64,000 bases of DNA, from the NCBI GenBank assembly GCA_965207885.1, contig OZ242311.1, forward strand, positions 1,696,001 through 1,760,000, written 5' to 3'. Position numbers and translations under genes: made by a program. The notes under the pieces were generated by a model. The model saw only the letters and a program-made list of their open reading frames with translations. It was not told where the DNA came from and made no database searches. Of the stretch, positions 39,574 through 47,612 are shown piece by piece. Every line of letters begins with the position of its first letter. Position 1 is the stretch's first letter. The DNA is from Candidatus Latescibacterota bacterium. Its GTDB lineage: Bacteria > Latescibacterota > UBA2968.

Positions 39574-39602
39574 TTGACATGTATGATGTAATTAGATACA
39601 TT
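39574..39602 (+). promoter_or_regulatory. Putative sigma70 promoter of the CD-NTase operon
   Basis: TTGACA-17-TACATT. Confidence 0.55.
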
Positions 39603-39686
39603 TGGTAAAGTTTAGAAATTCAGCCCTTCAACACAGGCTATCCGATACCTTAACCCCTCGGCGAAATCGCCAATTATTCATGAAAG

Positions 39687-40940
39687 GTGGTTCACATGAA
39701 CTCCAAAGCAACTCCATCACATTTGACCGAACCGACTGATATCCTATTGGCAGATGTAGCAATTCGTATTCAACTCAGACCGACGCATTACAACATGGCC
39801 GTTGAGCGTTATCAGAAGATATGTAAACTAATTGAGCGCGGCAACAGCCCCCTCAAAGATCGTGTTGATCTATTTTATCCGCAAGGGTCTATGGCGATTG
39901 GCGCAACTGTCGCGTCGAAACTCAAGACGGATGAGTTCGACATAGACATAGCTGCACAGCTTGACCTGCCTGAGTACGTATCACCCAATGAACCACTGGA
40001 CTTGCTGTTTGAGGCAATTAGGGGGGAGCCGGGATCCCGGTACTACCGGATGACAAAGCGAAAACCCCGTTGCATCACTGTCAGCTATAGTGATAAAATG
40101 CACCTTGATGTCACGCCTCTCATTCGCCGAGAGGACACCCCGGAGCGTGAAAGCTGGATCTTTAACTACCGGCCAGAAGCGCCCTCTGAATCGGGTAAGT
40201 CTATTACCAACTCTTATGGTTTCGCCGATTGGTTCATGGATAACACACCACTTGACCAAGACTTCGCAAATCTCTTTGAGAAACGTGCGTCCGAATATGA
40301 ACGAATGGTGGTCTTAGCAGAGGCAGAACGTGAACCTGTTCCTCAGCATGAACCACCATTCCGGAAATCGAAGGCGGTGCTCGCACTCCAACTTCTAAAA
40401 CGCTGGCGCAACGTGCAATACGATGAGCGGTCTCAGCGACGACCACCATCGATTTTGCTTTCAAAGCTGGTTGCTGATGCTGCCAATCATACGGACCGGC
40501 TTTCGGAAGAGTTGTTGCTCCAGGCACGGCATATGCTGTCCAAGTTCCAGAATTGGCATAATGCGGGATGCCTCATTCAAGTCACTAATCCCGTTTGCAA
40601 AGAGGATGTTCTGACTGATCGCTGGCCGGAAACTCTGCAAGACCAGAGGCTCTTTATCTCAGATCTTGAAAATCTTGTTGTACAGGTCGAGAAGCTGGTG
40701 TCTGGATGTGATCTTGGCGAGATGCAGGAAATTATGGTGAAGTTGTTCGGCGAGATGCCCACAACAGATGTCTTCCAAGCCTTCAACGAGCGTATGGGTG
40801 CTCAAGTCCGTACAGGGCAAAGTCGGCATCGTCGAGACACTGGCAGTCTCATCGTTCCGGCAACAACGGCGACAAGTGTAACCGTTCCATCAAGTGCAAC
40901 AAAAACGAAAAAACATACTTTTTATGGTAAGGAGAGGTGA
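39687..40940 (+). CDS. cGAS/DncV-like nucleotidyltransferase (CD-NTase/SMODS), CBASS cyclase
   Basis: YPQGS..IG.T......EFDID, RC.TV.Y...MHLDVTP, N..GFA.WF, QLLKRWR, PPSI.LS, NP...D..TDRW, C-terminal HTFYG. Confidence 0.88.
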   Translation: MVHMNSKATPSHLTEPTDILLADVAIRIQLRPTHYNMAVERYQKICKLIERGNSPLKDRVDLFYPQGSMAIGATVASKLKTDEFDIDIAAQLDLPEYVSPNEPLDLLFEAIRGEPGSRYYRMTKRKPRCITVSYSDKMHLDVTPLIRREDTPERESWIFNYRPEAPSESGKSITNSYGFADWFMDNTPLDQDFANLFEKRASEYERMVVLAEAEREPVPQHEPPFRKSKAVLALQLLKRWRNVQYDERSQRRPPSILLSKLVADAANHTDRLSEELLLQARHMLSKFQNWHNAGCLIQVTNPVCKEDVLTDRWPETLQDQRLFISDLENLVVQVEKLVSGCDLGEMQEIMVKLFGEMPTTDVFQAFNERMGAQVRTGQSRHRRDTGSLIVPATTATSVTVPSSATKTKKHTFYGKER

Positions 40941-41383
40941 ATATGGGACTAACGATCAGGAAACAAGCTGAAATTATGCGGCGATCATGGCCGGATTTTC
41001 GAGTTCTTGAACAAAATCGTTGGTCTATATGCTGGGAGGGAGCACTTCAACCCTTGTGCCAAAAATATAGAGTTCAAATATCCCTCTTACGAAAACGAAA
41101 AAACAGAGACAGTCGTGCAAAATTATCGACACTGCCATCTGTGAGGGTGATTGATCCCCTGCTACATCGGCGGGTTGAAAACCCAAGTGACCCCATTCCA
41201 CATCACTACCCAAACCGAGATTGCCCTGAACAGCCTTTTCTTTGTCTCTATGACCCGGCCAAAAATGAATGGCATTCTCGCCTTACAGTCGCTCAGACCA
41301 TCATCCCGTGGACGATTGATTGGTTGGCTTGCTACGAGGGCTGGCTTGCCACTGGCGAATGGACCGGTGGGGGACGGCATTGA
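40937..41383 (+). CDS. Stand-alone prokaryotic E2 (ubiquitin-conjugating-like; short type II CBASS ancillary protein)
   Basis: W.G.LQP..Y.V.I, P.V.V..P, PH.Y, LCLYDP...EW.....A.TIIPW..DWL..YE.WL.TGEW.GGG.H; 4-bp overlap with the cyclase. Confidence 0.8.
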   Translation: MNMGLTIRKQAEIMRRSWPDFRVLEQNRWSICWEGALQPLCQKYRVQISLLRKRKNRDSRAKLSTLPSVRVIDPLLHRRVENPSDPIPHHYPNRDCPEQPFLCLYDPAKNEWHSRLTVAQTIIPWTIDWLACYEGWLATGEWTGGGRH

Positions 41384-41445
41384 TAATGTAATTTAGAACA
41401 AGCATCCCACCCACAGCGAAAGAGACGTTTTAATTAGAGGCCAAA

Positions 41446-41901
41446 GTGGAAAAACAAAACAAGATTCAAATTTTGCTTGCTACTGCAGAAGAACGGAACA
41501 AAGCCATCCATATTATGCGTGAGCGCGTCCAAAAAACATGCATTGGAGTTATGGGTATTTTTTATGTAATGGCTGGCTGGTTCATCAAAGGCGGCGTGGA
41601 CTTAACTACAATTCAGAAATGGTTTCTGACAGGCGCGATTATTGTTGCTGTTCTATCCATACACTTTCGATATCTAAGGGATATCTTCCAAGGTTTCCAA
41701 GATCAGCAGCGTGTTTTAGCACGTATTGAAGAGGCCTTGAAATTATATAAGCCGGGTGTGTATGACAATAAGGACTCGGGATTGTTTCCGGTCTGTTGGA
41801 AAAAGACAGGTACCGATAAAGGGAAGGGGAAATTTTTTCGCAATAATTATTTATTGCTTTACATTGGTGCAATCGTATTGATCATATCCATTTGGTTTTG
41901 A
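41446..41901 (+). CDS. Hypothetical 3-TM membrane protein (candidate effector)
   Basis: Hydrophobic segments at about aa 31-47, 59-73 and 135-151; amphipathic N-terminal helix; AGAGG RBS. Confidence 0.7.
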   Translation: MEKQNKIQILLATAEERNKAIHIMRERVQKTCIGVMGIFYVMAGWFIKGGVDLTTIQKWFLTGAIIVAVLSIHFRYLRDIFQGFQDQQRVLARIEEALKLYKPGVYDNKDSGLFPVCWKKTGTDKGKGKFFRNNYLLLYIGAIVLIISIWF

Positions 41902-42081
41902 CTCATCTTATATTTATGGACGAATCATATAGCTGGCGGATGCTGCATTACAACCAAGACTGGAAACTGATCGCTCGGATTCCACCCGCACAATATCACT
42001 TGACATTATATATCTTGAAAGACGATAATAGGAAACGAGGGCTGCTTTTTCCATAATTATCCTATTTCAGGAGATGGTACA

Positions 42082-43416
42082 ATGCTGACGCAACGAGAAT
42101 TGGGACAGCGATTAAAAGGTGCACGTGAAACAATCGGGTTCACCCAACAGCAGGTTGCCGATGAGGTTGCGCTTACCCGTGTTGCAATTTCTCAAATCGA
42201 GTCTGGTCAACGGACGGTTAGTTCACTTGAACTCATGCATCTATCGCGTCTTTATGGGCGAGATATGGACAGTTTCTTAGAAGAAAAGCCTGTCGAAAAA
42301 GATGCGTTGGCTGTTCTATTTCGCGCTCATCCAGACCTTGTGCAAAATCGCATCTTCTATAATTCCTTGAGGAACGCGACTGAGCTCTTTCGAGAATATG
42401 GAAATCTAAAAAAACTGTTGGATATGGATCAGGAAAGGAATCTACCGCCTGTATATACCTATGGTGAACCCAAAAACATTTGGGAAGCCATTCAAATGGG
42501 CGAACATGCAGCAGAGGCGGAACGGAGTCGTCTCGGGTTGGGAATTGATCCCATACGCGACATGGCTGAATTGGTAGAATCTCAAGGGATACCGGTTATT
42601 GAAATCAGTTTGGACGATCAGATATCTGGTATCTTTATAGCCAATGCTGAAACGCAGTTGTGCATCTTCATCAACGAAGTGCATCTTGATAGGGCGAAAG
42701 CGCGAGTCGCATTTACCATAGCCCATGAATACGGTCACATATTGCTTGACCGGGATAAAGGCATTGCTATCAGCAAAATTTCAAATGACCGCGATTTATT
42801 CGAAGTGCGTGCGAATGCTTTTGCAGCGGCATTTCTTATGCCGGAAGAAGGTGTGAGTCAATTTCTAAAAAATATTGGCAAAGGTGCATCCAGCAGAGAA
42901 AGACTGTTGGCATACCCATTCCTATTAGCAGACAACGAGCAACCTGACCCTTTGGAACTGCCTGATGACAGTTTTATACCGCTCGTGGGACATCACCGTC
43001 GCTTAGCATCCTCACAGGTCATCACGCTTTACGATGTGGTCAAGCTCTATACATACTTTGGAACCAGCTTTGAAGCCGCCTTGTATAGATTGAGAAATAC
43101 CAAATTTCTTTCCGAAGAAGCATTTCATGAACTTTATCAGGAAAAAGAAAAAGCACGGCGAATTGCACAATATCTGAAAATTGAAGGAGAGCGAGAAATC
43201 CCCATAGACGAAGAAAGGCGAGAACACCCTTTTAGCAACTTTGCACTCAATTTCACGGGACTGGCTATCGAAGCCTATCGACGCGACAAAATCACTTATG
43301 ACAAATTGATCAATCTCGCAGAGCAAGTGAAATTTGATTCCGTAGTTATAGACGAAGTGCTACACTGCATGGGAATTAAAGACGATGGCGAAGAAGATGT
43401 CCATCTCCCGGAGTGA
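42082..43416 (+). CDS. XRE HTH + ImmA/IrrE (M78) metallopeptidase fusion
   Basis: LGQRLK.AR...G.TQ..VA...SQIESG.R HTH; R..FTIAHEYGH (HExxH); E.RANAFAAAFLMP. Confidence 0.9.
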   Translation: MLTQRELGQRLKGARETIGFTQQQVADEVALTRVAISQIESGQRTVSSLELMHLSRLYGRDMDSFLEEKPVEKDALAVLFRAHPDLVQNRIFYNSLRNATELFREYGNLKKLLDMDQERNLPPVYTYGEPKNIWEAIQMGEHAAEAERSRLGLGIDPIRDMAELVESQGIPVIEISLDDQISGIFIANAETQLCIFINEVHLDRAKARVAFTIAHEYGHILLDRDKGIAISKISNDRDLFEVRANAFAAAFLMPEEGVSQFLKNIGKGASSRERLLAYPFLLADNEQPDPLELPDDSFIPLVGHHRRLASSQVITLYDVVKLYTYFGTSFEAALYRLRNTKFLSEEAFHELYQEKEKARRIAQYLKIEGEREIPIDEERREHPFSNFALNFTGLAIEAYRRDKITYDKLINLAEQVKFDSVVIDEVLHCMGIKDDGEEDVHLPE

Positions 43417-43479
43417 TCTCATGCAGAATTTCGTATTTTGAGCTGGATCATTTCAGATTTTGGGTCAGATTTTGGGAAA

Positions 43480-43517
43480 TTGCTTTCGTTGTATATTTTA
43501 GCTATAATACAACGAAA
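43480..43517 (+). promoter_or_regulatory. Sigma70 promoter with overlapping 11-bp inverted-repeat operator
   Basis: TTGCTT-17-TATAAT; TTTCGTTGTAT-N12-ATACAACGAAA (43484-43517). Confidence 0.7.
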
Positions 43518-43535
43518 TGTGTGTCGTAATATTTT

Positions 43536-44162
43536 ATGACAAGTTCAGAGGACTTGAAAATGTCTGATACTATCATGGTTGATACAAGTCTATTAGATAT
43601 TCCTGAGTTTAATGAGCGCAGGACAACGCAAGTTGCTGCTTTACTTGCACATTATTCTGGCGGTCAAATTAGTGTGTATAAACTTGTCAAATTGATATAC
43701 CTTATTGATAGAACCTCTTTGGAGCGTCGTGGTCGTCCCGTGACTTTTGACCGTCCGTATAATCTACCATTTGGGCCAACGCCAAGTCATACATACGATC
43801 TTGTTTGCAAACCCTGGGAAGGCGAATACTGGTCTCAATATTTTTCCAGACCACAAGGGTATATTATTAAACTAATTAAAGACGATATAAGCAGTGATGA
43901 ACTATCACAAGCACAAATTGATCTGATAAATGATGTATTTAAGAAATTTGGAAATAAATCCTTTGGGCAATTAAAGAACCACCTGCACTCTCTACCAGAG
44001 TTTGATGATCCAGGGGGTTCATCTAATCCCATAGATTGGAATACCTTGCTTAAAGCTACAGGATGGTCTGACGAGGATTTAATAACAATCAGGCAAGAAT
44101 TTGACGCAAAAGCAAAGTTTGAAAATATGCTTAGAAATATGGAGAATGATAATACGAGATAA
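43536..44162 (+). CDS. Panacea (DUF4065/SocA-like) antitoxin
   Basis: KLVKLIYL.DR..L...G.P.T.D.....PFGP.PS..YD; LS......I..V.K.FG......L....H..PE; start may be 43560. Confidence 0.85.
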   Translation: MTSSEDLKMSDTIMVDTSLLDIPEFNERRTTQVAALLAHYSGGQISVYKLVKLIYLIDRTSLERRGRPVTFDRPYNLPFGPTPSHTYDLVCKPWEGEYWSQYFSRPQGYIIKLIKDDISSDELSQAQIDLINDVFKKFGNKSFGQLKNHLHSLPEFDDPGGSSNPIDWNTLLKATGWSDEDLITIRQEFDAKAKFENMLRNMENDNTR

Positions 44163-44164
44163 AT

Positions 44165-44530
44165 ATGTCATTAGCTGGAAGATGCGTATGGCTTGATGAT
44201 CGGGGCGGTGGGCACTTATATTTGTTTTTAACAGAGTGTGTAGGCAATCCACCACAAACAATAATGGTGAATGTAACTTCATGGCGTAGAGGCTTAGATG
44301 AAACATGCATACTCTCGCCTAACGACCATCCAAATATCAGTAAAAAATCAATTATCTACTATGAGGATGCTTGTCTAATTGAAGAATGGAGAAGCAAAAT
44401 CATCCTACGTGACTGTAGCAACGCACCGCCTATATCACAGGAACTATTGGTCAAAATTCAACAGGGACTTTGCCAATCAGGTGAGACACCACCAACAGTA
44501 AAAGACTTTTATCAAAAACACCATACATAA
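44165..44530 (+). CDS. Hypothetical protein, probable Panacea-partner toxin (possibly PemK-like fold)
   Basis: HL...LT.....MVNVTS....D.TC.L...DHP.I...S.I.Y..A; starts 2 bp after the antitoxin. Confidence 0.6.
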   Translation: MSLAGRCVWLDDRGGGHLYLFLTECVGNPPQTIMVNVTSWRRGLDETCILSPNDHPNISKKSIIYYEDACLIEEWRSKIILRDCSNAPPISQELLVKIQQGLCQSGETPPTVKDFYQKHHT

Positions 44531-44571
44531 ATATCACACATCCGCCAGTACTTTCCCTCAAAATGAAAAAC

Positions 44572-44607
44572 AAAAGGTCGTGAGGAATAAATCCCCACGA
44601 CCTTTTT
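44572..44607. terminator. Bidirectional intrinsic terminator
   Basis: AAAAGGTCGTG-N13-CACGACCTTTT between convergent transcription units. Confidence 0.75.
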
Positions 44608-44633
44608 CATATTAAAAAAACACTATTATTTTT

Positions 44634-44709
44634 TGGTGACCCCGAGGGGAGTCGAACCCCCGTCTCCAGAGTGAGAGTCTGGTGTCCTAGGCCACTGAAC
44701 GACGGGGTC
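44634..44709 (-). tRNA. tRNA-Glu (CTC)
   Basis: GACCCCG/CGGGGTC acceptor stem, CCAGA-CT-CTC-AC-TCTGG anticodon arm, GGTTCGACTCC, encoded CCA. Confidence 0.95.
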
Positions 44710-44764
44710 ACTCACAACATGATGGCGACAACCTAATAAAGTTCGATACTTTTGTCAAGCCTCC

Positions 44765-46015
44765 CTACTCCACAAGCGCCTTGTAAACCAGAGGCTGGAA
44801 AGGCCGCGTAATATTGCCCGATCCGCGCAACTGGGTCCACACCATAGAAACCATCTCATTTTGCGGATCAATCCAGAAATGCGTCTTGGCAATACCCGAC
44901 CAGTAATACGTCCCATTCCTATCCTCCCACGCCGTCTCCGTCTCATCTACAATCACAGAAAAACCGTACCCAAAACCATCGCTCTTGCGCCGGCGGTGTC
45001 GGTAACGTGCCGTCTCCGGCAAATGATTAGCCGTCATAAGCTGGATCGTCTCCGGCTTCAAAATACGCGTACCGTACAACGCACCCCCATTGAGCAACAT
45101 CTGAGAAAAACGGAGATAATCCCGAGCCGTACTCACCAACCCACCACCACCGGACTCCCGCGCATCGCGCCGCATATTGCTCTGACGGTTGCGTGCCCTG
45201 AAATTGCCCTCATCGTCCTTTCCATACAGCGTAGCCATGCGATCGCGCTTCTCCTCTGGCACGTAAAAACCCGTATCGACCATCTCCAAAGGCACAAAAA
45301 TGCGCTGCGAGAAAAACGCTCCCAAAGACATACCCGAAGCAACCTCAACCACGCGACCAAGAATATCAGTCGCCACGCTGTAGAGCCATCGGGTACCGGG
45401 CTGAAAGCGCAGGGGAAGCTGAGCCACCTTTTGGGCATATTTGACATTTGATCTAATCGAATACAAATCCGCAATCCGATAAAGCGTATCCACGGATGTC
45501 TGCCCAAAAATGCCATACGTCAAACCAGACGTATGCGTGAGCAAATCCGCAATCGTTATCTCGTGCTCGATCGGCACCAGAACGGGACTCTCGGTCCCGC
45601 CACCCGTATAAACCTTTGTATCGGCAAACTCGGGAATAAACTTAGACACCGGATCGTCCAGCTTCAGCTTGCCCGCTTCGTAAAGCATCATAATTGCAAC
45701 ACTGGTAACCGGTTTGGTCATAGAATAAATGCGAAAAAGCGTATCCTCCGTCATCGGCTTATTCAATTCCCTATCGCGCAAACCCGCAGTCTCGAAATGC
45801 ACAATCTTGCCCTTTCGGGCGATCAGCGTCAAAACACCGGCAAACTTCCCAGAATCCACCAGTGCTTGCATTGCGGGCTGAATCTTCGCAAGACGCTCTG
45901 CAGAAAACCCCAACTCTGCGGGATCTCCCTGGGGAATTTCAGCAGCAAAAATCGGGTGTAAGAACAGAAAAACAGCCAGCAGAGCAAACAGGCTACGTTT
46001 TAGAAAGCACGTCAT
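44765..46015 (-). CDS. Serine hydrolase (beta-lactamase/AmpC-like family), secreted
   Basis: FRIYSMTK (SxxK), LLTHTSG, W.YS, SGGGGL.ST..DY.RF. Confidence 0.9.
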   Translation of the reverse strand: MTCFLKRSLFALLAVFLFLHPIFAAEIPQGDPAELGFSAERLAKIQPAMQALVDSGKFAGVLTLIARKGKIVHFETAGLRDRELNKPMTEDTLFRIYSMTKPVTSVAIMMLYEAGKLKLDDPVSKFIPEFADTKVYTGGGTESPVLVPIEHEITIADLLTHTSGLTYGIFGQTSVDTLYRIADLYSIRSNVKYAQKVAQLPLRFQPGTRWLYSVATDILGRVVEVASGMSLGAFFSQRIFVPLEMVDTGFYVPEEKRDRMATLYGKDDEGNFRARNRQSNMRRDARESGGGGLVSTARDYLRFSQMLLNGGALYGTRILKPETIQLMTANHLPETARYRHRRRKSDGFGYGFSVIVDETETAWEDRNGTYYWSGIAKTHFWIDPQNEMVSMVWTQLRGSGNITRPFQPLVYKALVE

Positions 46016-46037
46016 ATAACTCCCCGCCTTTACTTTG

Positions 46038-46073
46038 AAAAAAAAAGGGTTACACCATTGCGATGTAACCCCT
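46038..46073 (-). terminator. Terminator after tRNA-Arg
   Basis: GGGTTACA/TGTAACCC stem with a T9 run on the minus strand. Confidence 0.75.
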
Positions 46074-46083
46074 TCTCCTTATC

Positions 46084-46160
46084 TGGTGCGGATGCCAGGA
46101 TTCGAACCCGGAACCGTCTGATCCGTAGTCAGGTGCTCTATCCAGTTGAGCTACATCCGC
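46084..46160 (-). tRNA. tRNA-Arg (ACG)
   Basis: GCGGATG/CATCCGC acceptor stem, CT-ACG-GA loop, GGTTCGAATCC, encoded CCA. Confidence 0.95.
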
Positions 46161-46359
46161 TAAAATCAAGAACTTAAGTATATTTGAGACAACACAATGT
46201 CATAAGACGAATAAAAGTATCAAAACTGCCAAATACTGTCAAGCGGAAACGGGCTATTATCCCGGAGAGCGAGTGGCGATAGTGTTTTGGGTTGCCCTCA
46301 ACGTCGAAATGTATAATCATAGGGAAAAGATGAGCGATGAACGGTCAGCTAAAAACCTT

Positions 46360-46392
46360 CTGGATCGCGGCTCAAAATCATGCCGCGATGAC
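46360..46392 (-). repeat. GTCA-type REP-like palindrome
   Basis: Minus strand GTCA-TCGCGGC-ATGATTTTGA-GCCGCGA-TCCAG. Confidence 0.7.
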
Positions 46393-46451
46393 AAATGAAG
46401 AGATTGCTGTCGCATTTTTACTATTGATCACTAATTATCGAGGAACCACTC

Positions 46452-47597
46452 ATGAACCTTGAAACGCAATTGATCCACGCAGGTGAAGAAGAAAAAAAAT
46501 ACGAAGGCGCGGTCGCGCTACCCGTATTTCAGAGCGCCACATTTTCATATAGCAGTGAAGACAGTTATCACGACATAAAATATCTTCGTCTGAACAACAC
46601 CCCCAATCACACCGTAGTCCATGAAAAACTGGCGCAAATCGCGGGCGGAGAAGCCGCCGTAGTCACCGCATCGGGCATGGCAGCCATAACCACCGCCCTA
46701 TTAACCGTATTAAAAAAAGGCGACCACCTCCTCGCACAAAATTGCCTCTACGGCGGAACGCGAGTCTTTTTGGCACGCGACATCGCCGACTTCGGGATCG
46801 ACGTGGATTTCGTATCCGGAAACGCGCCACATGAATGGGAAAAACTCATCCGCCCCGAAACCCGCGCCATCTATGTCGAAACCATGAGCAACCCCCTCCT
46901 GGAAGTCGCCGACCTCCCATCCGTCGTCGCCTTTGCCCAAACCCACAACCTCATCTCCATGATCGACAACACCTTTGCCTCCCCGGTAAACTTCCGCCCC
47001 CTGCAAATCGGCTTTGACCTCTCCTTGCACAGCTGCACAAAATATCTGAACGGACATTCGGATATCGTCGCTGGCTGCGCAATTGGATCGCACGATCTAA
47101 TCACCCGCATTGTGCATCGACTGAACATCATGGGCGGCTGCCTGGACCCACACGCCTGCTCTCTCTTATTGCGCGGCATGAAAACACTCGCCCTGCGCGT
47201 GGAAAAACAAAACGAAAACGCACACGCACTATCTTCTTTCCTGGAGAACCACCCCGCCGTAGAACGCGTAAATTACCCGGGCTTATCCACCCATCCACAA
47301 CACAACTGTGCCCAAAAGCTATTTAACGGATGTGGCGGAGTATTGAGCTTTGAAGTAGCTGGCGACAGCCGCGTAGCTGATGCGGTAATATCGAAACTAC
47401 AATTGCCAATCTCCGCACCCAGCCTGGGCGGCATCGAAACACTGATCACCCGCCCCGTCCAAACATCACACTCCGGACTCACCGAAGAAGAACGCCGCGC
47501 CGCAGGAATCTCCGAGCGACTGATCCGCGTAGCAGTCGGCATCGAAGCCGCAGAGGACTTATGCGCGGACTTTGAGCAGGCTCTGAGAGGCGTATAG
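46452..47597 (+). CDS. Cys/Met metabolism PLP enzyme (cystathionine gamma-synthase/lyase family)
   Basis: ASGMAAI, LYGGT, ET.SNP, DNTFASP, S.TKYLNGHSD, SLGG.E.L. Confidence 0.92.
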   Translation: MNLETQLIHAGEEEKKYEGAVALPVFQSATFSYSSEDSYHDIKYLRLNNTPNHTVVHEKLAQIAGGEAAVVTASGMAAITTALLTVLKKGDHLLAQNCLYGGTRVFLARDIADFGIDVDFVSGNAPHEWEKLIRPETRAIYVETMSNPLLEVADLPSVVAFAQTHNLISMIDNTFASPVNFRPLQIGFDLSLHSCTKYLNGHSDIVAGCAIGSHDLITRIVHRLNIMGGCLDPHACSLLLRGMKTLALRVEKQNENAHALSSFLENHPAVERVNYPGLSTHPQHNCAQKLFNGCGGVLSFEVAGDSRVADAVISKLQLPISAPSLGGIETLITRPVQTSHSGLTEEERRAAGISERLIRVAVGIEAAEDLCADFEQALRGV

Positions 47598-47612
47598 CTA
47601 AGGAGAAACCAT

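Noticed and set aside
43453-43476. TCAGATTTTGGG tandem pair upstream of the Panacea promoter
   Set aside because: Only two copies; not distinguishable from a chance slippage duplication
44765-46015. Beta-lactam resistance gene
   Set aside because: Generic esterase-like serine hydrolase lacking the KTG triad; resistance cannot be inferred
46255-46335. Possible SAM-I riboswitch upstream of the Cys/Met PLP enzyme (TTATC...GAAAAGATGAG)
   Set aside because: Lacks the core GCAACC and GGTGC.AA elements and the P2 kink-turn; the region instead contains a TTGCCC...TATAAT promoter-like pair
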